Shown here in pieces: positions 1-8,399 of a stretch of 32,000 nucleotides of DNA. The translations under genes were made by a program, and so were the position numbers. Source of the DNA: Erysipelothrix larvae (lineage in GTDB: Bacteria; Bacillota_I; Bacilli_A; Erysipelotrichales; Erysipelotrichaceae); assembly GCF_001545095.1 (NCBI RefSeq), contig NZ_CP013213.1:1710001-1742000 (forward strand). The letters are read 5' to 3'. Position 1 is the first letter of the stretch. Every line of letters begins with the position of its first letter. Below the pieces are notes generated by a model. The model saw nothing but the letters and a program-made list of their open reading frames with translations, was not told the DNA's origin and did not search any database.

Positions 1-1802
1 ACACGATAATAACCATCACTTTGTGTAACTTCAAGCAGATAGTAATTACCGGTGGGAAGTCCACTGAGAATTAAGGTTCCATTTCCACCAGTTTCTACTT
101 GTTTGAATGATCCGCTATTTGAATAGACGTATTTATTACCATCTTTATTGAAGTTCATTTGGACGTTGTCTGAGGTTCTATACACTTCAAAGACTGTATT
201 AGAAATCAGTCCTTCATACGATTCGACACCTTCAGTGTAGGTGTTCTCATACAATGAATCCGATTTATATACCACAACATCTCCTTTAGTCGCAGTAAGT
301 TTTATGCTGTCATTCCAGAAGTTATCTTGCTTCTTTTCGTAAGTGAATTTTTCACATCCGGTCTCAATATTTACCCGATTGGTTACATAGGGTTCATTGA
401 TGGTTTCAAGGTCTTGGTATTTAATCCCTGTAGTTACGGTAAGTTGAAGATCATAGAGATAGGGCCCAATGTATTTGCCTTCACCATCTGTTTGAGCGTA
501 ATAATCTATCGATTTTCGATACACTTCCGACATGTTTTCCCAGGTTTCAAGGGTATAGCTGTCGTTGTATTTCCCTACAATGATATCACTGTTTTGTTTG
601 CCTTCTTGGTGCGCAGTTTCGATGATCTCATTGACATAATCATAGGATTGAATCATTTGATCGACAATTTCTTTATAATAAGAATAGTTAACATCCGTAT
701 AACGGAGTCCTGTTGAACCAATTGCACCCAGGTTCATCACTAGGCGTTCACGTGTTCGTGATGGATTTTCTGGATCTGCTTCAAGGACGATTGCATACGA
801 TCGGGGGGTGTTTTTAACTGCTTCAAGAACTGTATCATTACTCTTCTCTGAAGATGATAGATTTGTAAGAAGATCATATAACCGCGTTTGTTTGGAATAA
901 GGGTAACGGATTGCAGTTGTCCCATTAAAATCATCGGAATACAGGTAGATTGGGGTTTCTAAGTTAATAATTTTTGCGTTAGCTGACGTTGTGAAAGAAA
1001 GATTTGAATCTAAGATTTCTTCGATAATCAAATCATCATATTTACTGTTTTCATAATTATCTTCAAAGTCAGTGAATTGATTTGAAAGGTAATTATTAAT
1101 GGTGATTTTCCATGTTATGGTGTTTTGATTTTGACTGTATGAATTCAGTGTCTTCCCCATTTTCACAACTTGACTTGGTTTGATGACTGAGATTGATGTT
1201 TCGGCAGTTGAGGGTTGTGTGACGTTTACTTTCGCAATCAGCTCATCATTATAGTAAAACTCTGAATGCTCTCCCACTTTATTCCCAGAAAAGTTAGCAC
1301 TTCCGTATAGTGTACCTGAGATATCTACTTTATTTTCAATCCCTTCAGTAAAGACAATCCGATAGGATAGTTTTGTATGGGTATCATCGATGGGGGTCAC
1401 AATGAGTGTTGCTTTTCCAATCACGGAGTTATCAAAGGTTAGTGTGCGTTCATGTGAAAGATTCGTAAAGGTTGTGGTATCATTTCCAACTGCTATCAAT
1501 AAGTCAAATTCGATATAATCTCCTTGATGAAATGTGTCTTTATTTTGATCGATGACTGACCACGCTAAATTGATTGATAACGTTTGTGATGTTCCCGTAT
1601 AATCAATTTCTGAAGGCCCTGTTTTGCCAGATTCATCATAGACAGTCTTGCCTGCAATTGTGATGTTCATCGAATCGATTTGGAAATCTTCCGTGACATT
1701 ATTTCCTGTTTGTGTGTCATTATTTGTATCCGCTTGAATGACCAAATTACCTACGATGAGTGTAAAAATGCAGGTAAGGATGAGAATTGATTTTTTAAGC
1801 AT
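1..1802 (-). CDS. Surface adhesin, N-terminal ~600 aa: Sec signal peptide, collagen-binding/MSCRAMM-like A region, then the start of a SpaA/Cna-B prealbumin-fold repeat. The 3' end runs off the window.
   Basis: Absent from the ORF track because no stop lies in the window. My translation of the minus strand starts at ATG 1802..1800 (GGAGG at 1808-1812, 5 nt spacer). It reads MLKKSILILTCIFTLIVGNLVIQADTNNDTQ... and stays open to position 3, ending ...NGTLILSGLPTGNYYLLEVTQSDGYYRV. Internal NTITWKITINNY and GDYIEFDL resemble MSCRAMM A-domain motifs. The C-terminal motif matches SpaA-type repeats. Confidence 0.8.
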   Translation of the reverse strand, partial: MLKKSILILTCIFTLIVGNLVIQADTNNDTQTGNNVTEDFQIDSMNITIAGKTVYDESGKTGPSEIDYTGTSQTLSINLAWSVIDQNKDTFHQGDYIEFDLLIAVGNDTTTFTNLSHERTLTFDNSVIGKATLIVTPIDDTHTKLSYRIVFTEGIENKVDISGTLYGSANFSGNKVGEHSEFYYNDELIAKVNVTQPSTAETSISVIKPSQVVKMGKTLNSYSQNQNTITWKITINNYLSNQFTDFEDNYENSKYDDLIIEEILDSNLSFTTSANAKIINLETPIYLYSDDFNGTTAIRYPYSKQTRLYDLLTNLSSSEKSNDTVLEAVKNTPRSYAIVLEADPENPSRTRERLVMNLGAIGSTGLRYTDVNYSYYKEIVDQMIQSYDYVNEIIETAHQEGKQNSDIIVGKYNDSYTLETWENMSEVYRKSIDYYAQTDGEGKYIGPYLYDLQLTVTTGIKYQDLETINEPYVTNRVNIETGCEKFTYEKKQDNFWNDSIKLTATKGDVVVYKSDSLYENTYTEGVESYEGLISNTVFEVYRTSDNVQMNFNKDGNKYVYSNSGSFKQVETGGNGTLILSGLPTGNYYLLEVTQSDGYYR

Positions 1803-2029
1803 GTGCGCCTCCTGTGCTGTCTTCTGTACTTCGTTTTTCCAACAAAAAAAATCAACCAATTAATTGAAACGGAAGATTTTATTCGTGAACCTTTGCTTTA
1901 TTCTTTTGGCGAACCCCTCGCTTATCGTAATGTGTGTTTTTCAGGGTGATAAAAGGGCGTAATTCGCTTTAAACTTCTCAAACGTCGCTTACTATTTTAG
2001 GTATATAAGTACAGCTTTTATCTGCCCAT

Positions 2030-2038
2030 ATTATACCA
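2030..2038 (-). promoter_or_regulatory. Candidate extended -10 promoter (TGGTATAAT) for the adhesin gene
   Basis: The minus strand reads gaTTGGTATAATatg. This is the same TTGnTAnnAT shape as the promoters of the four secreted-protein paralogs. There is no good -35. It implies a ~227-nt leader. Confidence 0.4.
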
Positions 2039-2449
2039 ATCTGTACTATCGATAATTTCTATATCTTTGAGGGAGGTAACTTGAATTTATTATCAATTTG
2101 AGATGGTTATCCAATTTATAATTAAGTTTAATCCTTCACGACAATTTTGTATTTAAAAGTAGGGATCTTTGGGGTGTTTTTTGAAATGATGATCAACGAG
2201 CCCAATTCATCCATCTATTTTTTGTATCGTGGTATTGGTTTTGGCATAAATCTCCTCATGTATTTTATTGGAAGGATAATATTTCTTCCAGATACCGAAA
2301 ATTTTCATGTTGTTTTTTCAATATGAGCGTACATCTGCATCTTTTTTTCCCATTTGTTTACTTTTTTCTTGTTCACAAAGAAAACGGAATTTTTATGGCG
2401 AAAGAATATTCTAGAATTCTATTATCAGATGGTGTAAAGGAGTGTAACT

Positions 2450-3913
2450 ATGCATAACAAACGACTATTTTTTTCTTTAAATATCGATAAGCAATTCAGT
2501 AGGCAAGTTCAAGCACTTGAATTTTTGAGTGCTCAACAAACTGCTGTGAGTATTCATGAACTTGCGACACGCATTGGATGCTCAATTCCTACCTTAAGAA
2601 GTGACTTACAAGAGCTCAATAACAATTTACCAATTAACATTGAAATTCGATCGATGGGAAAAGATGGGTACATCTTAATTTATCCTCCGGGTATATCAAT
2701 TCCTGCATTAATTATGGAACTGGCGAAGGAAACGGATGTCTTCAGAATCCTTGATGCACTTTTCCACAATGATTCATATACTTTTGATGAATTAGTTGCG
2801 GAGTTATTTGTGAACCCAAGTACCTTGCGAAAAATATTGACACATATTAATCAAGTCATTACTGAATTTGGTGTATCTTTGTCTAAGTCTCCGATTCGAT
2901 TTATAGGAAGTGAAACGAATATCCGACTCTTCTTATATAATTTCTATTATGACTTTAATGATTATTTTACCGTTGACTGTGATTTTGAGAAAAACTACGA
3001 AGCGTATAAAACGATTATTGATGGAACCAGAAATAGTCTGTCCTTTCCATTACGATTCAGTTACTTCAGAGTTACCTTGTGGATAATGATCATTCGAAGG
3101 CGTATTCAGTCGAAGTGTTTTGTGGAACTGGACGATTCAATCAGACAGCGAATCCTTAATGAGGCTGATTTTGTTGAGTTTCAGTATTCATTCACCCATA
3201 CATTTGCAGAAAAGTTTTTGATTTATAAACCTCCCCTTGATGATATTATTTGGGCGTATACAATTTTCCTGCATTGCATCTCTTATAGTGAAATGGAACC
3301 GTTGGAGCAATCTGAGGATGTTAATGAATTGTATGTCTATCAGAACAGTGATCCACGACATCTTGAATCCATCAATAATTTTCTGAGTCTTGAGTTTGAG
3401 CCTTCGGTAATTGATGGTCCTCACTTACACAAAATGCGTACGTTTTTATTGAATCTTTCGATGTTGACCCATCTCTCTACACAGTTTCAACGAATTTCTG
3501 CTCTTACACGGATTTCTCTGAAAGAATCCTTAAATGAGTATTTTATGATTTGGATGCGTCACCTGTATTCAAAAGAGAGCCAGCGCATGTTTAACATTGA
3601 GTATCGTGAAGATATTGCGATTTCTTTGGCAATGATGCATTATTCAACTTTGACGCATTTAAAAAAACACAGCATTCGTGTGCTCTTTGCGTTTCAGGGT
3701 GAACCTGGCTATGATGATTTCTTAACCCAACAGACACAGTTTATGATTCCACAAAACATTGTGCCTCATTTCTCTTTTGATGAACCCATCTCTGAGGAAA
3801 TGATTTCGAGAACACAAGCTGAACTTGTTGTTACAAATTATGATTCACCTGAGTTTAATGATTTGAGTTGTGATATTGTGCGTTTATCCTATGTTCCAAG
3901 TAAGGGATATTAA
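2450..3913 (+). CDS. Mga/AtxA-family (PRD-containing virulence regulator-like) transcriptional regulator; native C-terminus replaced by GY-stop through IS insertion
   Basis: AAAGGAG RBS. N-terminal wHTH (VSIHELATRIGCSIPTLRSDLQELN), second Mga-type HTH (YTFDELVAELFVNPSTLRKILTHIN...IGSETNIRLF) and a C-terminal EIIB-like region (VLFAFQGEPGYDDF...LVVTNYD). It aligns end to end with the ORFs at 16918 and 24182 until codon 485, then diverges at the IS junction. Confidence 0.8.
   Translation: MHNKRLFFSLNIDKQFSRQVQALEFLSAQQTAVSIHELATRIGCSIPTLRSDLQELNNNLPINIEIRSMGKDGYILIYPPGISIPALIMELAKETDVFRILDALFHNDSYTFDELVAELFVNPSTLRKILTHINQVITEFGVSLSKSPIRFIGSETNIRLFLYNFYYDFNDYFTVDCDFEKNYEAYKTIIDGTRNSLSFPLRFSYFRVTLWIMIIRRRIQSKCFVELDDSIRQRILNEADFVEFQYSFTHTFAEKFLIYKPPLDDIIWAYTIFLHCISYSEMEPLEQSEDVNELYVYQNSDPRHLESINNFLSLEFEPSVIDGPHLHKMRTFLLNLSMLTHLSTQFQRISALTRISLKESLNEYFMIWMRHLYSKESQRMFNIEYREDIAISLAMMHYSTLTHLKKHSIRVLFAFQGEPGYDDFLTQQTQFMIPQNIVPHFSFDEPISEEMISRTQAELVVTNYDSPEFNDLSCDIVRLSYVPSKGY
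3897..3904. repeat. Left copy of the 8-bp target-site duplication CAAGTAAG
   Basis: The identical octamer occurs at 6430-6437, immediately outside the two IS ends. Confidence 0.85.
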
Positions 3914-4036
3914 ACTTTACTTGGGGTTTTCACTCGCAACACTATTTCTTGGGGTGAGGTAATCTTGCTCTAGCCTCTGTCTTTAAAGAAGTTTGGGGAT
4001 TTCTGTTGTAAACTGATTATCTTAGACCAGCAGAAT

Positions 4037-4090
4037 AAAAAATCACTTTACTTTATGCACAATTAAGTGCTGTATTAAAGTGATTTTTTT
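4037..4090 (+). terminator. Rho-independent terminator just inside the IS left end
   Basis: AAAAAATCACTTTA ... TAAAGTGATTTTTTTT: a long stem with an inner GCAC/GTGC pairing, followed by a T8 run. It is positioned to stop read-through from the interrupted regulator gene. Confidence 0.7.
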
Positions 4091-4189
4091 TGTATTATTA
4101 GTTTAACGAGGTTAATAAAATGGTAGAAACCCCAAGTTTCCAGACCTAAGTTTCTACCAATCCAATACCTCCTATAAAGGAGTAAGAAT

Positions 4190-4660
4190 ATGATAACAGT
4201 TTTCTCAAACACATTCAATAATAAACAGTTTTCTCAAAAGGAATATTACAAATTTCTCAATTCAATTAATCCAAAAACAATACCTTGTCCGTGCTGTTCA
4301 AAAACAGATACACTGATTCGTTATGGATACTATCCGAAAACCATAATTACTGGGCGATTAACCATTGTCGTAGAAATCGCACGTTTCTTTTGTAATCAAT
4401 GTAAGAGAACTCATGCAATAATACCAAGTAACTTACTTCCCTATTTTCAACTGTCTGTACCCACAATTGAAATAATATTAACCCATGAACTTGATAGCAC
4501 GCTTTTAACTGATATTGATGAATCAACATATATTCGGATAAAAATACGTTTTAACGATTATGAATCGGTGAGACATTTAAGTTATTTGGAACGATTGAAT
4601 TACTTCATATTATCCACAAAACGGAATATCTATCATTCCGCCATTACTTCACCAACATGA
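4190..4660 (+). CDS. Cys-rich (CPCC...CNQC) zinc-ribbon-like IS accessory protein, possibly DUF6431-like
   Basis: AAAGGAG RBS. 156 aa with IPCPCCSKTD...FFCNQCKRTH cysteine pairs. It lies inside the IS, upstream of the transposase and on the same strand. The family assignment is from memory only. Confidence 0.55.
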   Translation: MITVFSNTFNNKQFSQKEYYKFLNSINPKTIPCPCCSKTDTLIRYGYYPKTIITGRLTIVVEIARFFCNQCKRTHAIIPSNLLPYFQLSVPTIEIILTHELDSTLLTDIDESTYIRIKIRFNDYESVRHLSYLERLNYFILSTKRNIYHSAITSPT

Positions 4661-4793
4661 GAAAAATAGTTTTAACTCCTCAGATTGAATATAATGAAGA
4701 TGGTTATTTAAATAACAGACAATCATTTTTATATTTAGGAGCAAGATACATAATGAAACCTTATCAAAATAGTCAAAGAGAGGCAGGGTTTCT

Positions 4794-6269
4794 ATGAACG
4801 CTAATGCCACTCTTTTAAGTAACGAAAAAATTCTTGAATTATTTAACTTAGAACACCATCAAGTCCAGAAGATTGATATCAAAGGTCAAAGTGACGCATT
4901 GAATGTGTACATTACGCTTCAGGTAGAGGAACAAACATGCCCAATTTGTGAAAGCAAAACATCCACAATCAAAGATTATTCTGAAAAGAAGCTTCTCCAC
5001 TCACTGGTAACACATATACCCTGTTACATTCGTTACCGTGCACGACGTTATAAATGCACAACGTGTAATAAATGCTTTTTTGAACACAATCCATTTGCGT
5101 ATCGAAATATGAAGATTACTCAGCTGACCGTATATAATGTCCTGAATGATCTTAAATCGCCACATGAAACGTTTACCACAGTTGCCAATAGATATCGGTT
5201 ATCTCCCACTACAGTATCATCTATTTTCGATTCCCACGTTTCTGTCTCCAGACAAAAACTACCCGCTTATCTGCTTATTGATGAATGTTATGCGTACCAC
5301 AGTGATCGCAGTGATTATGTATGCGTTCTTATTGATGCAATGACAAAGAATATCGTAGATATATTACCGTCCCGTAAGAAACAAGACTTAGTCGCGTATT
5401 TTAGCCAAATCCCCCTTGAAGAACGCAAAGGAGTCTTAGGTATTGGAATCGACATGTGGTATAGCTATAGAGTCGTCGCAAAACAATTCCTTCCAAACGC
5501 GTTTATCAGTGTTGATCGTTTTCATGTTTATAGTGATTTAATGAAACGTATCGACTCTATTAGGGTAGACACTATGAAGAAACTAAAACCTCCTAAGAAC
5601 TGGAAGCAAACAGAAGATAAAGTCAAAAGACAAGAATATTATAAGCGTGACCAGCAATACTATCTGCTTAAAAAGTTCAACTGGTTACTCTATAAAAACC
5701 CCAAAGCAACAACCACAGTTAAAGATAAGAAATACAATATATTTGATCCAAATGTACCGAAACAACGCAATAAGAAATTGGGAAAGTTTCTAAACCTTTA
5801 CGACATAATAGACCTAATTCTTCAAACGAGCAATGGCCTTGAAGATGCATATAACATGAAGTTCTTACTCGATCAATTCTTCAATGAATCAAAAGCTGAG
5901 AATGCACACGAGAATCTGAACACACTCATCAGAGTGATGGCTCAGAGTAGAGTTGCATCAATCGTTGATTTTAGCCGAACTTTAGGAAAGTGGAAAAATG
6001 AAATTGTCGCAACTTTCAATAAAGTAGAAAAATGCACAAAGGTCACAAATAAGAAAACAGGAGAAACCCATTATGAAGTTTCCATAACACACATAAACAG
6101 TGCGTTGATTGAGAATCGAAATCGCATAATCAAGCAAATAAAAAACAATGCAAGTGGCTATCGTAATTGGGAGCGGTTTAGGAATCGTGTGTTGTATGTG
6201 CTTAATGAAGACGCAACATATCGAATTAACCCAATAATTAAAACAACCTATGACAAAGGACTCTCTTAA
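4794..6269 (+). CDS. ISL3-family DDE transposase
   Basis: N-terminal zf-ISL3-like CPICES...YKCTTCNKCF. The catalytic core LLIDECYAY...VCVLIDAMT...IGIDMWYSYRVVAKQFLPNAFISVDRFHV is typical of DDE_Tnp_ISL3. Confidence 0.9.
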   Translation: MNANATLLSNEKILELFNLEHHQVQKIDIKGQSDALNVYITLQVEEQTCPICESKTSTIKDYSEKKLLHSLVTHIPCYIRYRARRYKCTTCNKCFFEHNPFAYRNMKITQLTVYNVLNDLKSPHETFTTVANRYRLSPTTVSSIFDSHVSVSRQKLPAYLLIDECYAYHSDRSDYVCVLIDAMTKNIVDILPSRKKQDLVAYFSQIPLEERKGVLGIGIDMWYSYRVVAKQFLPNAFISVDRFHVYSDLMKRIDSIRVDTMKKLKPPKNWKQTEDKVKRQEYYKRDQQYYLLKKFNWLLYKNPKATTTVKDKKYNIFDPNVPKQRNKKLGKFLNLYDIIDLILQTSNGLEDAYNMKFLLDQFFNESKAENAHENLNTLIRVMAQSRVASIVDFSRTLGKWKNEIVATFNKVEKCTKVTNKKTGETHYEVSITHINSALIENRNRIIKQIKNNASGYRNWERFRNRVLYVLNEDATYRINPIIKTTYDKGLS

Positions 6270-6429
6270 GAAATGACTCATTATTGATATACTATAACAA
6301 AAAGAGGGAAGCTATAGTCATGTGCGACTACGCTTCCCTTTGGTCTTTAACAAACTTGTTTGGGGTAACTTACTCCCCAAGTTATTTTATATCATTTTCT
6401 GAATTATCCCCAAGTTATTTCAGACCGCC

Positions 6430-6437
6430 CAAGTAAG
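6430..6437. repeat. Right copy of the 8-bp target-site duplication CAAGTAAG
   Basis: Identical to 3897-3904. Confidence 0.85.
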
Positions 6438-6497
6438 ACTGAGTGGGATTCCTTGGGAAGTATCATCTTAACGCTCTCTGCAACGAATAATCGTTAA
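6438..6497 (+). pseudogene. Displaced 3' end (19 codons plus stop) of the regulator gene at 2450
   Basis: In frame after the duplicated ...AGT AAG it reads TEWDSLGSIILTLSATNNR-stop. This aligns with the paralog C-terminus SEWSTLSNIILSLSTTDKYA (24182 ORF). The restored protein would be 504 aa, against 505 aa for that paralog. Confidence 0.85.
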
Positions 6498-6507
6498 ACT
6501 TTCGCAT

Positions 6508-6535
6508 AAAAAAGACGATGCTGTCATCGTCTTTT
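6508..6535. terminator. Bidirectional rho-independent terminator
   Basis: AAAAAAGACGATG-CTGT-CATCGTCTTTT has an A-run on one side and a T-run on the other. It lies between the ancestral regulator stop (6497) and the convergent 549-aa gene stop (6541). Confidence 0.8.
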
Positions 6536-6540
6536 GTTTG

Positions 6541-8190
6541 TTATTTGGTTTGGATCCATAATGCAGGTGCAAATGCAGTTTTTAAATCAGAGAAATGTTC
6601 GCGCCATATTGTACCATTCGATTCGATTGTTCCAGCGAAGTTTACAAAGAAGGAAGGGCTTCGAAGCCAGTATCTACTAGACTTCACCAGTAATTCTTCA
6701 GATAATCCATATGCATTTACATCCGACATACTGAGTGAAAATGCTGTTTTTTCTCCTTTTTTGTCAACTAATGTAGGTGCATCTGTTCTTTTATAACAGT
6801 CGGCGTTACCAGTCATGGGAACTTCTACATCCCATGATACAGGAAGTACTGATTCATGATCAGTATGATTTTTGATAATTTTATCATAGAACGCTTGATC
6901 AACAATCTTTAAGTAACTGTCGTTATAAATTGCTGGTTCACTAGTATTTGTAGCATGGCTATATGGAAATTTTTCATTTCCATTCACTGCAAGAATTTCC
7001 ATGGAGTTTAGCACTTCCATAGATACAACATCCTTGGTCATAATAAGTGCTGCTTTTGTGGTTTGATCAATATACAAGATAATAAACGATTGATCCGCAA
7101 ATGTGATGGTATCGCCAACTGTTTTGCCTTGAAGGTCAAACTCTATTGTTTCAGTGTCATCATTGGATCCTTTCAACATTCCGAGAATGTCTTGATTGGC
7201 ATCGGTCCAAAGGTCTAAATCTTCATAGGACACTGCATCCAAGTAAACGTTAATATCATAGTTTGCTTTACCGTTAGGTTGTTTTACAAGACTTACGGAT
7301 TCTAAGAAGTTAGATGTCATGGTTGTTGGAACCGTAGCGGTTGTACTATGCTCAAGTGGTTGTCCCCAATACACCCAGCCCTCTTCGCTGTGTGTATCAA
7401 TAATCCACTTGGAAACAGGTTGTAGACCATCTTGTATCCATTCATCTACGGTGATTACCTGGGAGCCAAGTTGCCATGCTACGTACTCATCAAAGACCCG
7501 ATCAGTGTCTGTCCATGTTTTGATGGTATAGTTGTGTTCATTGTTGTTTTCTGGCAGCGCGTCATGTTGTGAATCACTCTGTGCTGAATTGGATTGATTC
7601 GTTTGACCTTCCACTAAAGAAACTGGATTGAGATACTCAACATCCATTACAAGAAATTTGCCGTATTGACCGTTAGGATCATGTGCGTCGGTTCGTATGT
7701 AAACATACTCTTGGGCATCAAAGGCAGTTTTAATTGTTTCCAAGATATTCATACACGATGATCCACTAGAGGTGCATGAATGTTTGATTGATTGTAAGTA
7801 TCCTACAGCTTGAGATGATGAAGTAAATTTCATAATATCGCCTTTTTCATCCACCATATAGCGATGGTCACTGTATATGTATTTCTGCTCACTGATTTCC
7901 ATAAATTCTCTGAATTGGATGCGTACGTAGGCATCATCATAGATTAGGGCATTATCATCTGCTTTATCACCATTACGCACTGCGACACTTTTCGTAATCT
8001 GTTGATCTATGCCCCATTGTGTGACTTCTGAGAAATTCTCAACAAGTGTGACATTATGGTGTGCTACTTCAGTACTGAATTGATTGGTCTTATGTTGGTT
8101 GATATCGCGCCAAGCGTAGGAACCTGTTAACAAGAGTGATATTGCTAATAGAATCGGTGTGAATGATTTTTTCTTAAACATTTTTTTCAT
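6541..8190 (-). CDS. Secreted protein, paralog 1 of 4: SipW-class leader, conserved N-domain, DUF6273-like C-domain
   Basis: AAGGAG RBS 8 nt upstream. Leader MKKMFKKKSFTPILLAISLLLTGSYAWRDINQHKTNQFST. C-terminus ...TAFSLSMSDVNAYG...RYWLRSP...APALWIQTK. It aligns throughout with the 12415, 14860 and 21887 ORFs. Confidence 0.8.
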   Translation of the reverse strand: MKKMFKKKSFTPILLAISLLLTGSYAWRDINQHKTNQFSTEVAHHNVTLVENFSEVTQWGIDQQITKSVAVRNGDKADDNALIYDDAYVRIQFREFMEISEQKYIYSDHRYMVDEKGDIMKFTSSSQAVGYLQSIKHSCTSSGSSCMNILETIKTAFDAQEYVYIRTDAHDPNGQYGKFLVMDVEYLNPVSLVEGQTNQSNSAQSDSQHDALPENNNEHNYTIKTWTDTDRVFDEYVAWQLGSQVITVDEWIQDGLQPVSKWIIDTHSEEGWVYWGQPLEHSTTATVPTTMTSNFLESVSLVKQPNGKANYDINVYLDAVSYEDLDLWTDANQDILGMLKGSNDDTETIEFDLQGKTVGDTITFADQSFIILYIDQTTKAALIMTKDVVSMEVLNSMEILAVNGNEKFPYSHATNTSEPAIYNDSYLKIVDQAFYDKIIKNHTDHESVLPVSWDVEVPMTGNADCYKRTDAPTLVDKKGEKTAFSLSMSDVNAYGLSEELLVKSSRYWLRSPSFFVNFAGTIESNGTIWREHFSDLKTAFAPALWIQTK

Positions 8191-8230
8191 CGTATATTCT
8201 CCTTAATCGGTTACCCTTTTTTCTACTAAC

Positions 8231-8239
8231 ATTGTACCA
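8231..8239 (-). promoter_or_regulatory. Extended -10 promoter TGGTACAAT for paralog 1
   Basis: The minus strand reads aaaTTGGTACAATgtt, 40 nt upstream of the ATG. The -35 position is AAAAGA, which is poor, so the promoter is likely activator dependent. Confidence 0.5.
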
Positions 8240-8356
8240 ATTTATAGCGGGTGTCTTTTTTGTATATTTTTATCAAGTTGAAAAATGACATCGTTTGTTT
8301 ATGAATGATGAAAATACGATGGATTTCTTCGTGGTGGGATTTGTAAATGAGGCATA

Positions 8357-8388
8357 TAAAAAAACTGAGTTTATTAGGCTCAGTTTTT
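8357..8388 (-). terminator. adhE rho-independent terminator
   Basis: The minus strand reads AAAAACTGAG-CCTAATAAA-CTCAGTTTTTTT, directly after the adhE stop at 8400. Confidence 0.75.
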
Positions 8389-8399
8389 GTTAAAGCTAT

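Larger units (their letters stand above)
3905..6429 (+). mobile_element. ISL3-family insertion sequence, 2,525 bp, two ORFs
   Basis: Flanked by the 8-bp direct repeat CAAGTAAG. The left end is GGATATTAAACTTTACTTGGGG. The reverse complement of the right end is GGCGGTCTGAAATAACTTGGGG. Both start with GG and have ACTTGGGG in register at positions 15-22. Extra CTTGGGG/CCCCAAG copies lie subterminally near both ends. It encodes an ISL3-type DDE transposase. Confidence 0.85.

Noticed and set aside
327-934. Track ORFs 327-716(+) and 740-934(-).
   Set aside because: Both lie inside the long open minus-strand adhesin frame (1-1802), on the opposite strand or in a different frame. Neither has an RBS, and both have odd composition. 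They are shadow ORFs. The same applies to the short ORFs nested in or antisense to adhE (8462-8653, 9111-9296, 10054-10540), the paralogs (7319-7531, 12827-13151, 13345-13590, 13933-14211, 15085-15267, 15544-15789, 16132-16410, 21876-22061, 22953-23463), the regulators, the LPETG gene, the transposase, xpt and kup.
2160-2312. Short minus-strand ORF (about 33 codons, MKIFGIWKKYYPSNKIHEEIYAKTNTT...) in the adhesin/regulator intergenic region, as a possible small peptide or gene remnant.
   Set aside because: No RBS, no recognisable family, and below any reasonable coding threshold.
8167-8187. T6 and T7 homopolymers (A runs in the sense strand) in the first codons of paralog 1, as a possible slipped-strand phase-variation switch.
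   Set aside because: The tracts simply encode the Lys-rich signal-peptide n-region. They are short for contingency loci, and the other paralogs lack comparable runs.
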